Shown piece by piece: positions 26,580 to 34,533 of a DNA stretch of 64,000 nt (position 1 is the first letter of the stretch; the number at the start of each line of letters is the position of its first letter). The notes below the pieces were generated by a model. That model had not been told where the DNA came from. It did no database searches and saw only the letters and a list, made by a program, of their open reading frames with translations. Position numbers and translations under genes: made by a program. The DNA is taken from positions 56,963 through 120,962 of the forward strand of contig CAYJPV010000003.1 of NCBI GenBank assembly GCA_964372095.1, written 5' to 3'. The DNA comes from an uncultured Vicinamibacterales bacterium (GTDB lineage: Bacteria > Acidobacteriota > Vicinamibacteria > Vicinamibacterales > JAKQTR01).

Positions 26580-27644
26580 ATGACTTCACTCACACGAGTT
26601 CTGATGATCGTTGCGTGCCTGGCGGCTCCGTCCGCCATCCACGCGCAGGGCACGGACGTCGAGGCGCTCGGCGCGCAACTGCGGTCAGCCGACGCGAGCA
26701 TGCGGGCGAAGGCCGCGTGCGATCTGAAGCGGCTCGGCGGCGACGCGGCGCGGGTCATCCCCCAGCTGATCGAGACGATGGCCGATCCCACGCCAGTGCC
26801 ACGCGACGTGTGCGGCGCGGGCAACTGGTCCTGGGGGACTGACGACGGCACCACGACGCCCGGACGCGAAGCGGCCGCTGCCCTTGCGTCGGCGGGCAGC
26901 GCCGCGTTCGACCCACTCCTCAAGGCCCTGCGCGACGGACGATGGGTGTTGCGATCGAACGCGGCGTGGGCCCTCGGCGCCCTGGACGACAGCCGGGCGG
27001 TCGACCCGCTCATGATCATGCTGCGTGACACTGAAGGCCCCGTGCGGGCGAACGCGGCGTGGGCCCTCGGCGCCCTGGACGACTCGCGGGCGGGGCTGCC
27101 GCTCATCGCCGTGCTGACTGATCGCGACGAGCGCGTGCGCGAACAGGCCGCGTGGGCCCTGGGTGCGCTCGACGATGGCCGCGCGGTGGATGCGCTGGTG
27201 ACCGCACTGCGGGACGCCCAGGCGCGGGTGCGGGCGCAAGCCGCCTGGGCGCTCGGGGCCCTGGGTTCCGCCAGGGCGACGGCGGGCCTGTCGGCGGCGC
27301 TGACGGATGCAGACACCAAGGTGCGCAGGCAGGCGGCGTGGGCCCTGGGCGCCGTCGGTGATGACCGGGGCACCGCTCCCCTGGTGACAGCCCTCACCGA
27401 TGCGGACCCCAGGGTGCGGAGCCAGGCCGCCTGGGCACTCGGTGCCATCGGCTCCCGAAGCGCGGTGGACGGACTGGTTGCGGCGCTGAAGGACCAGGAG
27501 GCCAGCGTGCGTGCGCAAGCCGCGTGGGCCCTGGGCGCCATCGGTGACGGCCGCGCGTCCGACGCACTGCTGATCGCCTTGAAGGACACGGACACGAAGG
27601 TCCGCCGCCAGGCCGCATGGGCATTGAGCACTGTCGCCCGGTAA
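26580..27644 (+). CDS. secreted HEAT (PBS-lyase type) repeat protein
   Basis: AAGGAG SD 6 nt before ATG 26580. Signal peptide MTSLTRVLMIVACLAAPSAIHAQG. About nine 31-aa repeats (VR.QAAWALGA.GD.RA...L..AL.D). Confidence 0.85.
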   Translation: MTSLTRVLMIVACLAAPSAIHAQGTDVEALGAQLRSADASMRAKAACDLKRLGGDAARVIPQLIETMADPTPVPRDVCGAGNWSWGTDDGTTTPGREAAAALASAGSAAFDPLLKALRDGRWVLRSNAAWALGALDDSRAVDPLMIMLRDTEGPVRANAAWALGALDDSRAGLPLIAVLTDRDERVREQAAWALGALDDGRAVDALVTALRDAQARVRAQAAWALGALGSARATAGLSAALTDADTKVRRQAAWALGAVGDDRGTAPLVTALTDADPRVRSQAAWALGAIGSRSAVDGLVAALKDQEASVRAQAAWALGAIGDGRASDALLIALKDTDTKVRRQAAWALSTVAR

Positions 27645-27727
27645 CGGCCACGCCGAGTGGTTCGAAGCCGCATTCCCCGGTCCCCGCGCCGAACCTGTAG
27701 AATTGGGGCGGCAGAGGGCCTGGCAGG

Positions 27728-28378
27728 ATGGCATCCGAACCCTACGGCTGGATGGCGAAGTGGTACGACGCGGCCTTCGAGCCGGTGCTGGGTCACGCCC
27801 GGCGGCTGGGCCTGGACATGTACTCCCCACTGCCCGGGCAGGTCGTGCTCGACGTCGGCTGCGGCACCGGCACCCAGCTGGCGCTCTACCAAGGCCTCGG
27901 CTGCCAGCTGGCCGGCATCGACCCGGCTCCAGCCATGGTCGCACGCGCCCGAGAGAAACTGGGTTCGGCCGCTCGCATCCACTTGGGCAGCGCGACGGAT
28001 ATCCCGTACACGGACGCCAGCGTGCACCTCGTCCTGTTCTCGATGATGCTGCACGAACTCTCGCGCGACGCGCGCGCGGCCGTGCTCACCGAAGCCACAC
28101 GCGTCCTCGCACGTGACGGCCGGATGCTCGTGCTCGACTACCACCCGGGGCCGTTGACGTTCCCGCGCGGCTACGCGGCGAAGCCGCTCATCGTCGCGGT
28201 TGAATGGATGGCCGGCCGGGACCACTTCCGCCACTGCCGCGAGTTCCTGGGGGAAGGCGGGCTGCCGTCCGTCGCTGCTCGCCACGGGCTGCACGTCGAG
28301 GTGGCACGGGTCATCAAGGGCGGCAACTTCGGACTCTTCCTGCTGCGGCCTCGCGCGCATCTGCACCATCCCGCATAG
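27728..28378 (+). CDS. class I SAM-dependent methyltransferase
   Basis: Motif I VLDVGCGTG; post-I and motif II/III spacing typical of the Methyltransf_11/25 families. 216 aa. Confidence 0.85.
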   Translation: MASEPYGWMAKWYDAAFEPVLGHARRLGLDMYSPLPGQVVLDVGCGTGTQLALYQGLGCQLAGIDPAPAMVARAREKLGSAARIHLGSATDIPYTDASVHLVLFSMMLHELSRDARAAVLTEATRVLARDGRMLVLDYHPGPLTFPRGYAAKPLIVAVEWMAGRDHFRHCREFLGEGGLPSVAARHGLHVEVARVIKGGNFGLFLLRPRAHLHHPA

Positions 28379-28528
28379 ACCGCTCGCGCCGGCGGCCCGG
28401 ACTATTCGTGAGTCGGTCGAACAGTCCGCCCTGCGGGCTTCGACTCGGCCGATACTCGGCCTTCGCTCAGGGCTGGCCCTTGCGGCCCAGGTGTGCGGAA
28501 CCGGGACGCCTCGTTCCGCAACGCCTGT

Positions 28529-28596
28529 CAGATTCTGAGGCACGCCCGCCTCACCGAAACCACGACAATTCGAGGAAACTGGCCAGATTCTGAGGC
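28529..28596 (+). repeat. two copies of a 13-nt direct repeat CAGATTCTGAGGC in the S8 protease leader region
   Basis: Identical 13-mers at 28529-28541 and 28584-28596, starts 55 nt apart. The second copy supplies a GAGG 8 nt upstream of a 14-codon uORF. Confidence 0.6.
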
Positions 28597-28647
28597 GGCG
28601 ACGATGGCCCCTGTCTTGCTCCACTCACGGCAGAGGCGGAGTCTCTA

Positions 28648-30714
28648 ATGATGAACTACACAACCGGCCTGCCCCCCAGGAAGACCACGTCGACCGGCCG
28701 CTGGACCACAGCGGCCTACACCGTCATCGCCGGTACTGTCGTCGCCGCCCTGCTGATGGCAGGCGGTGCCTTCCAGACCGATCACGCGTGGGCACCAATC
28801 ACGCCGCAGGTCGCGGCCAATGCTGGTGTGCCCACAGCGGCGCTTCCGGACCACGTCGCGCCCCCGCAAGCAGACACACACACGCCACGACACGCCAGCG
28901 AAGCGCTCCCGTTGGCTACGCCACCCGAGACCGTACCGCCGGTGGCCGGACCCGACATACTCACAGAGCCACCGCCGGCGATTCCCCGAGAGACCGTCGC
29001 CAAGCTGGATGCTCACCTCGCCAGGTGGGTCCGCGAACGCCAGACTGAACCGGCGCCGATCATCCTCGCAACCGGGAGTCCGGATGACGCCCGCAGGCTT
29101 GCGGCGTCGCTGCAGGAGAGCAGCCGCGACGTCCGGAACGTGCGGGCCCTTGGCCACCTCGTGGTCGCCGAGGCCACGCCAGCGGCGCTTGTCGGCATTG
29201 CCGGCTCCGGCGCCGTCACCAGGGTGTCGTCCGACGCGGAGGTGACCGCCCACACCGCAGCCGGTGACGACGACTACGAGGTTGCCAGCTTCCTGCGGGC
29301 ATCCATCGGGCTGGCGGCTGCCCAGGACATCGAAGGCGCCGGCATCCGGGTGGCCATCATCGACTCGGGGGTAGCCGCGACACGCGACGTCGATCGGACA
29401 CGGGTGTTCCTGGACTTCACGCGGGTGACGGAGGACGGAACGCCGCTGTCTCCGAGGTGGTTCAATCAGCCGTTCGACGATTACGGCCACGGCACGCACA
29501 TCGCCGGCCTGATCTCGAACGACGGGGACTTCACCGAGGGTCTGTACCGCGGCGTCGCCCCGAAGGTCACGCTGGTCGGCCTGAAAGTCCTCGACAAGGG
29601 CGGCCGTGGCCGGACGAGCGACGTCATCCGGGCCATCCAGTACGCCACGGCCAACAACGACTGGCTGAAGATCGACATCATCAACCTGTCGCTCGGTCAC
29701 CCGGTGTTCGAACCCGCGGCCACCGACCCGCTCGTGCAGGCGGTGGAAGAAGCGGTCCAGGCGGGCATCATCGTCGTCGTCTCGGCGGGCAACATCGGGC
29801 AGAATCCCGAAACCGGCGACGTCGGCTACGGCGGCATCACCTCCCCGGGCAACGCGCCGTCGGCCATCACGGTTGGCGCCGTCAACACACGACAGACACC
29901 GTCCCTGACCGATGATGACGTGGCTCCGTTCAGTTCGCGGGGCCCCACGTGGTACGACGCCTACGCGAAACCCGACCTGGTGGCCCCCGGCACACAGATG
30001 GTGTCGGACATCAGCACCAGCAGCACGCTCTACCTGCAGAACCCGAATCTCGTCACCAGCTTCGCCCAGGGACGCCGGGTCGAACGGTACCTGCGCCTGA
30101 GCGGCACCAGCATGTCAGCCGGCGTCGTCACCGGCGTGGCCGCGCTCGTCCTGGAGGCGAACCGCCGGGCCACTGGCACGCGGGCACTGACTCCGAACGC
30201 CGTGAAAGCGATCCTGCAGTACACGGCCATCCCCGTGCTGGCCACCGACACGCTGGCGCAAGGCGCCGGCATGGTGAACGCCGACGGCGCGATCCGGCTG
30301 GCTGCCGCGATCGATCCCACGGCGGAGGTGGGGACGTCCTGGCTCACCGCGTCCGTGGACCACACGTCGGTCATCGGCACGGACTCCTACACCTGGGGCG
30401 ATCGGATCGTGTGGGGCGATCGGATCGTCTGGGGCGACCACATCGCCTACAACGACCCGGCCTGGGCACAGCGAATCGTGTGGGGCGACCGCATCGTCTG
30501 GGGTGACCGCATCGTCTGGGGCGACAGTGTCATCTGGAGTGATCCGTCCACCTGGGGAAGCCGGATCGTCTGGGGCGATACGCTGGGCATCGTCGACGGC
30601 GAGCGGATCGTGTGGGGCGACCGTATCGTCTGGGGCGACCGTATCGTCTGGGGTGACCGTATCGTCTGGGGCGATCTCGTCTGTCGCCCCGGCGGCCCCA
30701 CCGACATCTTCTGA
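28648..30714 (+). CDS. S8 family (subtilisin-like) serine peptidase with C-terminal RIVWGD hexapeptide repeats
   Basis: Catalytic triad motifs VAIIDSGV (Asp), HGTHIAGLI (His) and GTSMSAGVVTG (Ser). N-terminal hydrophobic anchor/signal. Repeat tail. Confidence 0.9.
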   Translation: MMNYTTGLPPRKTTSTGRWTTAAYTVIAGTVVAALLMAGGAFQTDHAWAPITPQVAANAGVPTAALPDHVAPPQADTHTPRHASEALPLATPPETVPPVAGPDILTEPPPAIPRETVAKLDAHLARWVRERQTEPAPIILATGSPDDARRLAASLQESSRDVRNVRALGHLVVAEATPAALVGIAGSGAVTRVSSDAEVTAHTAAGDDDYEVASFLRASIGLAAAQDIEGAGIRVAIIDSGVAATRDVDRTRVFLDFTRVTEDGTPLSPRWFNQPFDDYGHGTHIAGLISNDGDFTEGLYRGVAPKVTLVGLKVLDKGGRGRTSDVIRAIQYATANNDWLKIDIINLSLGHPVFEPAATDPLVQAVEEAVQAGIIVVVSAGNIGQNPETGDVGYGGITSPGNAPSAITVGAVNTRQTPSLTDDDVAPFSSRGPTWYDAYAKPDLVAPGTQMVSDISTSSTLYLQNPNLVTSFAQGRRVERYLRLSGTSMSAGVVTGVAALVLEANRRATGTRALTPNAVKAILQYTAIPVLATDTLAQGAGMVNADGAIRLAAAIDPTAEVGTSWLTASVDHTSVIGTDSYTWGDRIVWGDRIVWGDHIAYNDPAWAQRIVWGDRIVWGDRIVWGDSVIWSDPSTWGSRIVWGDTLGIVDGERIVWGDRIVWGDRIVWGDRIVWGDLVCRPGGPTDIF
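30394..30674 (+). repeat. in-frame 18-nt tandem repeats encoding (R-I-V-W-G-D)n within the S8 gene
   Basis: WGDRIVWGDRIVWGDHIAYNDPAWAQRIVWGDRIVWGDRIVWGDSVIWSDPSTWGSRIVWGDTLGIVDGERIVWGDRIVWGDRIVWGDRIVWGD. Three blocks, each with its own synonymous-codon signature. Confidence 0.9.
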
Positions 30715-30719
30715 TCAAC

Positions 30720-30759
30720 CGACGTGGGCCGGCGTGCACGCGCGCGCCGACCCACGTCG
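30720..30759. terminator. long GC hairpin after the S8 gene (terminator-like)
   Basis: cgacgtgggccggcgtgc-acgc-gcgcgccgacccacgtcg: about 17 bp with one mismatch and one G-U pair. No T-run. Confidence 0.5.
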
Positions 30760-30803
30760 CCGCTACGTTCGGCCTGCGGCATCCGGCTCACGGCTTTCGG
30801 CCG

Positions 30804-30852
30804 CTACTTCCTACTTCCTACTTCCTACTTCCTACTTCCTACTTGCTCCTTG
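30804..30852. repeat. heptanucleotide tandem array CTACTTC x5 plus degenerate units (GAAGTAG on the minus strand)
   Basis: ctacttc x5 (30804-30838), then ctacttg and ctccttg. The array overlaps the TAG stop (30839-30841) of the minus-strand S9 gene. A weaker 7-nt periodicity continues to about 30908 inside the coding tail. Confidence 0.9.
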
Positions 30853-33169
30853 GCGACTTGCTTCCAGCTTCTGCCCCTTGTCCCTTGTCCCGAGCCTTGA
30901 GGTACTTGTCGTACCAGGCCAGGATGCGGTGCTCGAAGTCCACCGCCTCGGCCACGGTGTTGGGCGGGCGGTGCGCGCCGTTGGTGTACCGCACCCACTC
31001 GACATCTTTTCCGAGGCGGCGCAGCGCGTAGTAGATCTCCCGTGACTGGCTCGCCGGCACGTTCGGATCGAGATCTCCCGTGATGCACAGCAGAGGTGTT
31101 GTGATGCGATCCGCCCGCAGCACGGCCGAGTGCTCGAGGTACCGTTCGGGATACTCCCACAGCGTGCCGCCGATCCGATCCTGGCTCTTCTCGGGCGCAT
31201 GCGTATTGCGTACGCCAAGCCGCGGGCTGTCGGTGTAGAAGCTGATCATGTTGACCTTGCCGGACACGTTGATTGCCGCCTTGAACCGGTCGGTCTGGGT
31301 CAGGAGCAGCGCGGTGGCGTAACCGCCGTAACTGGTGCCGTGAACGCCCAGACGGGCAGGGTCTGCAATCCCCATGTCGATGAGCCGGTTGGCTGCCGAC
31401 GTCACGCCCTTCACCCAGGCTTCTCCGGGACGCCCCACGACGAGATTCACCGACGGGTGGAACACCGCATAGCCATGATTGGCGAGAAACGCGGCCCGGC
31501 CGTTGAACCCGTTGTCGAAAAACGTCTCGTAGATTTCGAAGACAGTCGGATAGGTGGTGCCTTTCTCGTACCCGACCGGGTAACGCAGCACGCCATGGAG
31601 CAGCTTGCCGTCGCTGTCCCGGTACGAGACGAGTTCCGATCGCGGAAGCGTCTTCTGCGCCATCCATGGGTTCAGACCGGTCAACTGCTTCAGCGAGGCC
31701 AGCGCGGCATCACCCGAGAACAGTTCCGCCGGACGATCGCCGTCGCTGATCGACACCACCCACCGATCGCCGTTCCGCGACTGCCGGAACCCTGCATACA
31801 CGCGCGTGTCTTTCACGAGCGGCGTGATGGTCTTCGTGGCCACGTCGAGACGGACGAGGCCGCGTTCCCATCGTGTCCGTTCCGACCACGTCACGTAGAT
31901 GGACCCGCCGGCCGGGTCCCACCCGATCGCCTCCCGGCGCGGGTTCTTCTCGTCGTCCGCATCGAGCGTGAGCACCTGGTCGCGGGCACCCGTCGCGACG
32001 TTGACCACGTACCAGCCCTTCTTGCTGGTGATGAGCAGTTTCGCCGCGTCGCGGCTGAACGGGCCGACGCTGAAGCTCTCCTTCTCGTCGTCTTTGGCTG
32101 CAACCGCCCCGGATGCTGCGGGCTTCTCGGCGGCCTTCTCCTCGGCCTTGGCTTCGGGCGCCGGCGTCAGGCTCCGGGGCTTGGCATCGTCCACGCCCTG
32201 AACGAATACTTCACCCTTCTTTGCGTACGCGAACGTCCGCCCGTCGTCCGACCACCGCAAGGTCAGGCCCTTCAGGTCCTTCGCGTCGACGAGGGTCCGG
32301 GGTTCGCCACCGCCGGCCGGCACGATCCGCAGCGCGTTGTCGGTGCCGCCGATCGTGTCGTAGTCGGTCTTGCCGGTGAGGTCTTCCTGGAAGGTGATGA
32401 ACGACCCGTCACGCGCCATCTGGTACGACGACACTTTGCGCTCGGGAAGCACCGTCCGCACGGCGCCCGTTGCGATATCCACCAGCGCGAGCGCCCGCTG
32501 CCGGCTGGTACGGCCGAGTTCGTCCCATTCGAGGAACGGGTCTTTCGCGCGGTGCACGATGATCGGGCCTTCAGTCAGGGCCTGGAAGCGGGCGCGGGCT
32601 TCGGCGTCCCGCGCCGCCGATCGCACCGAGACGAGGACCGACCGGCTGTCGGGCGACCAGGCGAGGCCGCTGTTCACGGTGATGCCCGCGTCGCCAGCCA
32701 CTGGCACCGGCCTCAGCGCCGCCCGGGTGGCGTCCCAGATGTGCAGCGAGACGCCGGCCCCGGCCCCCTGGGCTGGCTCCCTGTGAACAAGCAGGGCGAG
32801 TTGGCGGCTATCGGGCGCCCAGGCCGCCTGGCGGATGTGCACGAGGCCGTCGAGCGGCAACTGCGTGGCGCCTGTCTGCGTGTCGATCACGTGCAACCGG
32901 ACGGCCACGGGCGCCACGTAGGTCGGGTCGCCGTACCGGCGATGGTCGGTGGTCGCATTATCGATGGTGCGCCGTGTCGTTCCCGCGACGAACCGCCCGT
33001 CATCACTGAGGTCCAGTACCGAGAACGTGGTCACCTTGAGCAGGTCTTCAGCCGTCAGCGTCGCCGGCGACTGGACCGCCGGGGCTGGCGCCGGCTGCTG
33101 GGCCGCACCGACCGCCAGCGAAGCAAGGACGACGACGAGAGACACGGGCAACAGGCGGCGCATGGGCAA
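30839..33169 (-). CDS. S9 family serine peptidase (TolB-like beta-propeller + prolyl oligopeptidase/acylaminoacyl-peptidase catalytic domain), secreted
   Basis: Signal peptide. Nucleophile elbow GTSYGGY. C-terminal GDLDPNVP and GAHRP (Asp and His regions). Confidence 0.9.
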   Translation of the reverse strand: MPMRRLLPVSLVVVLASLAVGAAQQPAPAPAVQSPATLTAEDLLKVTTFSVLDLSDDGRFVAGTTRRTIDNATTDHRRYGDPTYVAPVAVRLHVIDTQTGATQLPLDGLVHIRQAAWAPDSRQLALLVHREPAQGAGAGVSLHIWDATRAALRPVPVAGDAGITVNSGLAWSPDSRSVLVSVRSAARDAEARARFQALTEGPIIVHRAKDPFLEWDELGRTSRQRALALVDIATGAVRTVLPERKVSSYQMARDGSFITFQEDLTGKTDYDTIGGTDNALRIVPAGGGEPRTLVDAKDLKGLTLRWSDDGRTFAYAKKGEVFVQGVDDAKPRSLTPAPEAKAEEKAAEKPAASGAVAAKDDEKESFSVGPFSRDAAKLLITSKKGWYVVNVATGARDQVLTLDADDEKNPRREAIGWDPAGGSIYVTWSERTRWERGLVRLDVATKTITPLVKDTRVYAGFRQSRNGDRWVVSISDGDRPAELFSGDAALASLKQLTGLNPWMAQKTLPRSELVSYRDSDGKLLHGVLRYPVGYEKGTTYPTVFEIYETFFDNGFNGRAAFLANHGYAVFHPSVNLVVGRPGEAWVKGVTSAANRLIDMGIADPARLGVHGTSYGGYATALLLTQTDRFKAAINVSGKVNMISFYTDSPRLGVRNTHAPEKSQDRIGGTLWEYPERYLEHSAVLRADRITTPLLCITGDLDPNVPASQSREIYYALRRLGKDVEWVRYTNGAHRPPNTVAEAVDFEHRILAWYDKYLKARDKGQGAEAGSKSPRSK

Positions 33170-33194
33170 CTCCTTCGGACCGGTTTCGATTCTC

Positions 33195-34493
33195 TCAGAC
33201 CAGCTTCTTTAGCGAGTCGAGGATAGCCGTGACCTCGCCGTCGTGGTTGCAGACATGGAACGAGACGCGGACGGAGTTCAGTCCGCCTTCGGACACCGTG
33301 CGGACGCGGATGTGGTCCTTTGTCAGGTGATCGCTGACTTCCTTCAGCGTGCGCGTGCGCAGGCGGAAGCCGATCATCGGCGTCCGGTACGCCTCTTCGT
33401 CCGGTGACACCATCTCGACGCCGGGCAACGCGCGGACACCCTCGTAGAACCGCTCGGCGAGGGCGTGGTTGTGCCGCCAGATCCGATCGAGGCCGATGGT
33501 TTCGACGAACGACGCGGCGGTGCCGAGGGCGAAGAACAACGCTTCGTTCTGGGTGCCGAATTCGAACCGGCGTGCGTTCGGATGGAACACGAGTTCGTCG
33601 CGCGCCACGCTGAACCGCTCGTAGGATCCCATGCCGACCGTGGATGGCCGGAGCACGTCCAGCATGCCGGGCCGCACCCAGAGAATGCCCGTGCGCTTGG
33701 GACCCATGATCCACTTGTGCGTGCTGCAGACGTAGAAGTCCGCGCCGCACGCGTTGATGTCGAAGGGGACGCAGACGGGAGCCTGGGCACCGTCGAGGGC
33801 GAACCAGATGCCCTTCGCGCGGGCGAGGGCCGCCATCTCGGCGACAGGAAAACACTGCCCCGTGGTGCACGTCACGTGACTGATGAAGATCAGTCGCGTC
33901 CGGCCCGTGATGAGTTGCGCGAGGCGATCCACGTTACCCGCGCCGCTGCGCGCGTCCGGCTCGAAGGTGCGGATGACAATCCCGTCGCGCTGCCGCCGGT
34001 GGAGCAACGACGTGTACAACGCCGCGTGCTCGTGCGTGGACGTGATGACTTCATCGCCGCTCTTCAGCGCCAGGCCGTTGACGACGAGATTGATGCCTTC
34101 GGTCGCTGTTGAAATCAGCGCGAGGTCGTCGGGCCGGCACGACGGGCCCAGCAGCCGGGCGAGGCGCACCTTGGTGTCGTGCCACCGGCGCTGATCGTGG
34201 CCGGCGCTGGGCGCGAGTTCTTCCTCCCGCAGTGCGTCGGCAAGGGTGTTCAGGACCGGCAGCGGGCAGGCGCCGAGCCCGCCGGAATTGAGGAACGTCC
34301 ACGCGGGATCCAGGACGAACTGCGCCCGGATCATCCGGAAGAACGCGTCGTCATCAGCCGGCATGGCCTGAACCGGCCAGGCCCTCGTGGCCCGTTCGGC
34401 CGCGGCGGCCGCGCGCAGCCAGTCCGGCCACGCCAGCCCTGCCGCACCACCCGCCAGCCCCGCCGCCATCCGCAGAAACGTCTTCCGATCCAT
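33195..34493 (-). CDS. aminotransferase class V-fold PLP-dependent enzyme with Tat-like signal peptide
   Basis: N-terminus MDRKTFLRMAAGLAGGAAGLAWP...AAAAA (R-K-x-F-L twin-arginine variant). PLP lysine motif CSTHKWIMGP. Isopenicillin-N-epimerase / cysteine-desulfurase-like. Confidence 0.8.
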   Translation of the reverse strand: MDRKTFLRMAAGLAGGAAGLAWPDWLRAAAAAERATRAWPVQAMPADDDAFFRMIRAQFVLDPAWTFLNSGGLGACPLPVLNTLADALREEELAPSAGHDQRRWHDTKVRLARLLGPSCRPDDLALISTATEGINLVVNGLALKSGDEVITSTHEHAALYTSLLHRRQRDGIVIRTFEPDARSGAGNVDRLAQLITGRTRLIFISHVTCTTGQCFPVAEMAALARAKGIWFALDGAQAPVCVPFDINACGADFYVCSTHKWIMGPKRTGILWVRPGMLDVLRPSTVGMGSYERFSVARDELVFHPNARRFEFGTQNEALFFALGTAASFVETIGLDRIWRHNHALAERFYEGVRALPGVEMVSPDEEAYRTPMIGFRLRTRTLKEVSDHLTKDHIRVRTVSEGGLNSVRVSFHVCNHDGEVTAILDSLKKLV

Positions 34494-34533
34494 CGTGTGC
34501 TCCAGCAGGGGCAGGAGGATTTCGACTATCGGC

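Noticed and set aside
30447-30791. Minus-strand ORF encoding (QTIRSP)n repeats
   Set aside because: It is simply the reverse complement of the RIVWGD-coding 18-nt repeats of the S8 gene. It has no independent start context.
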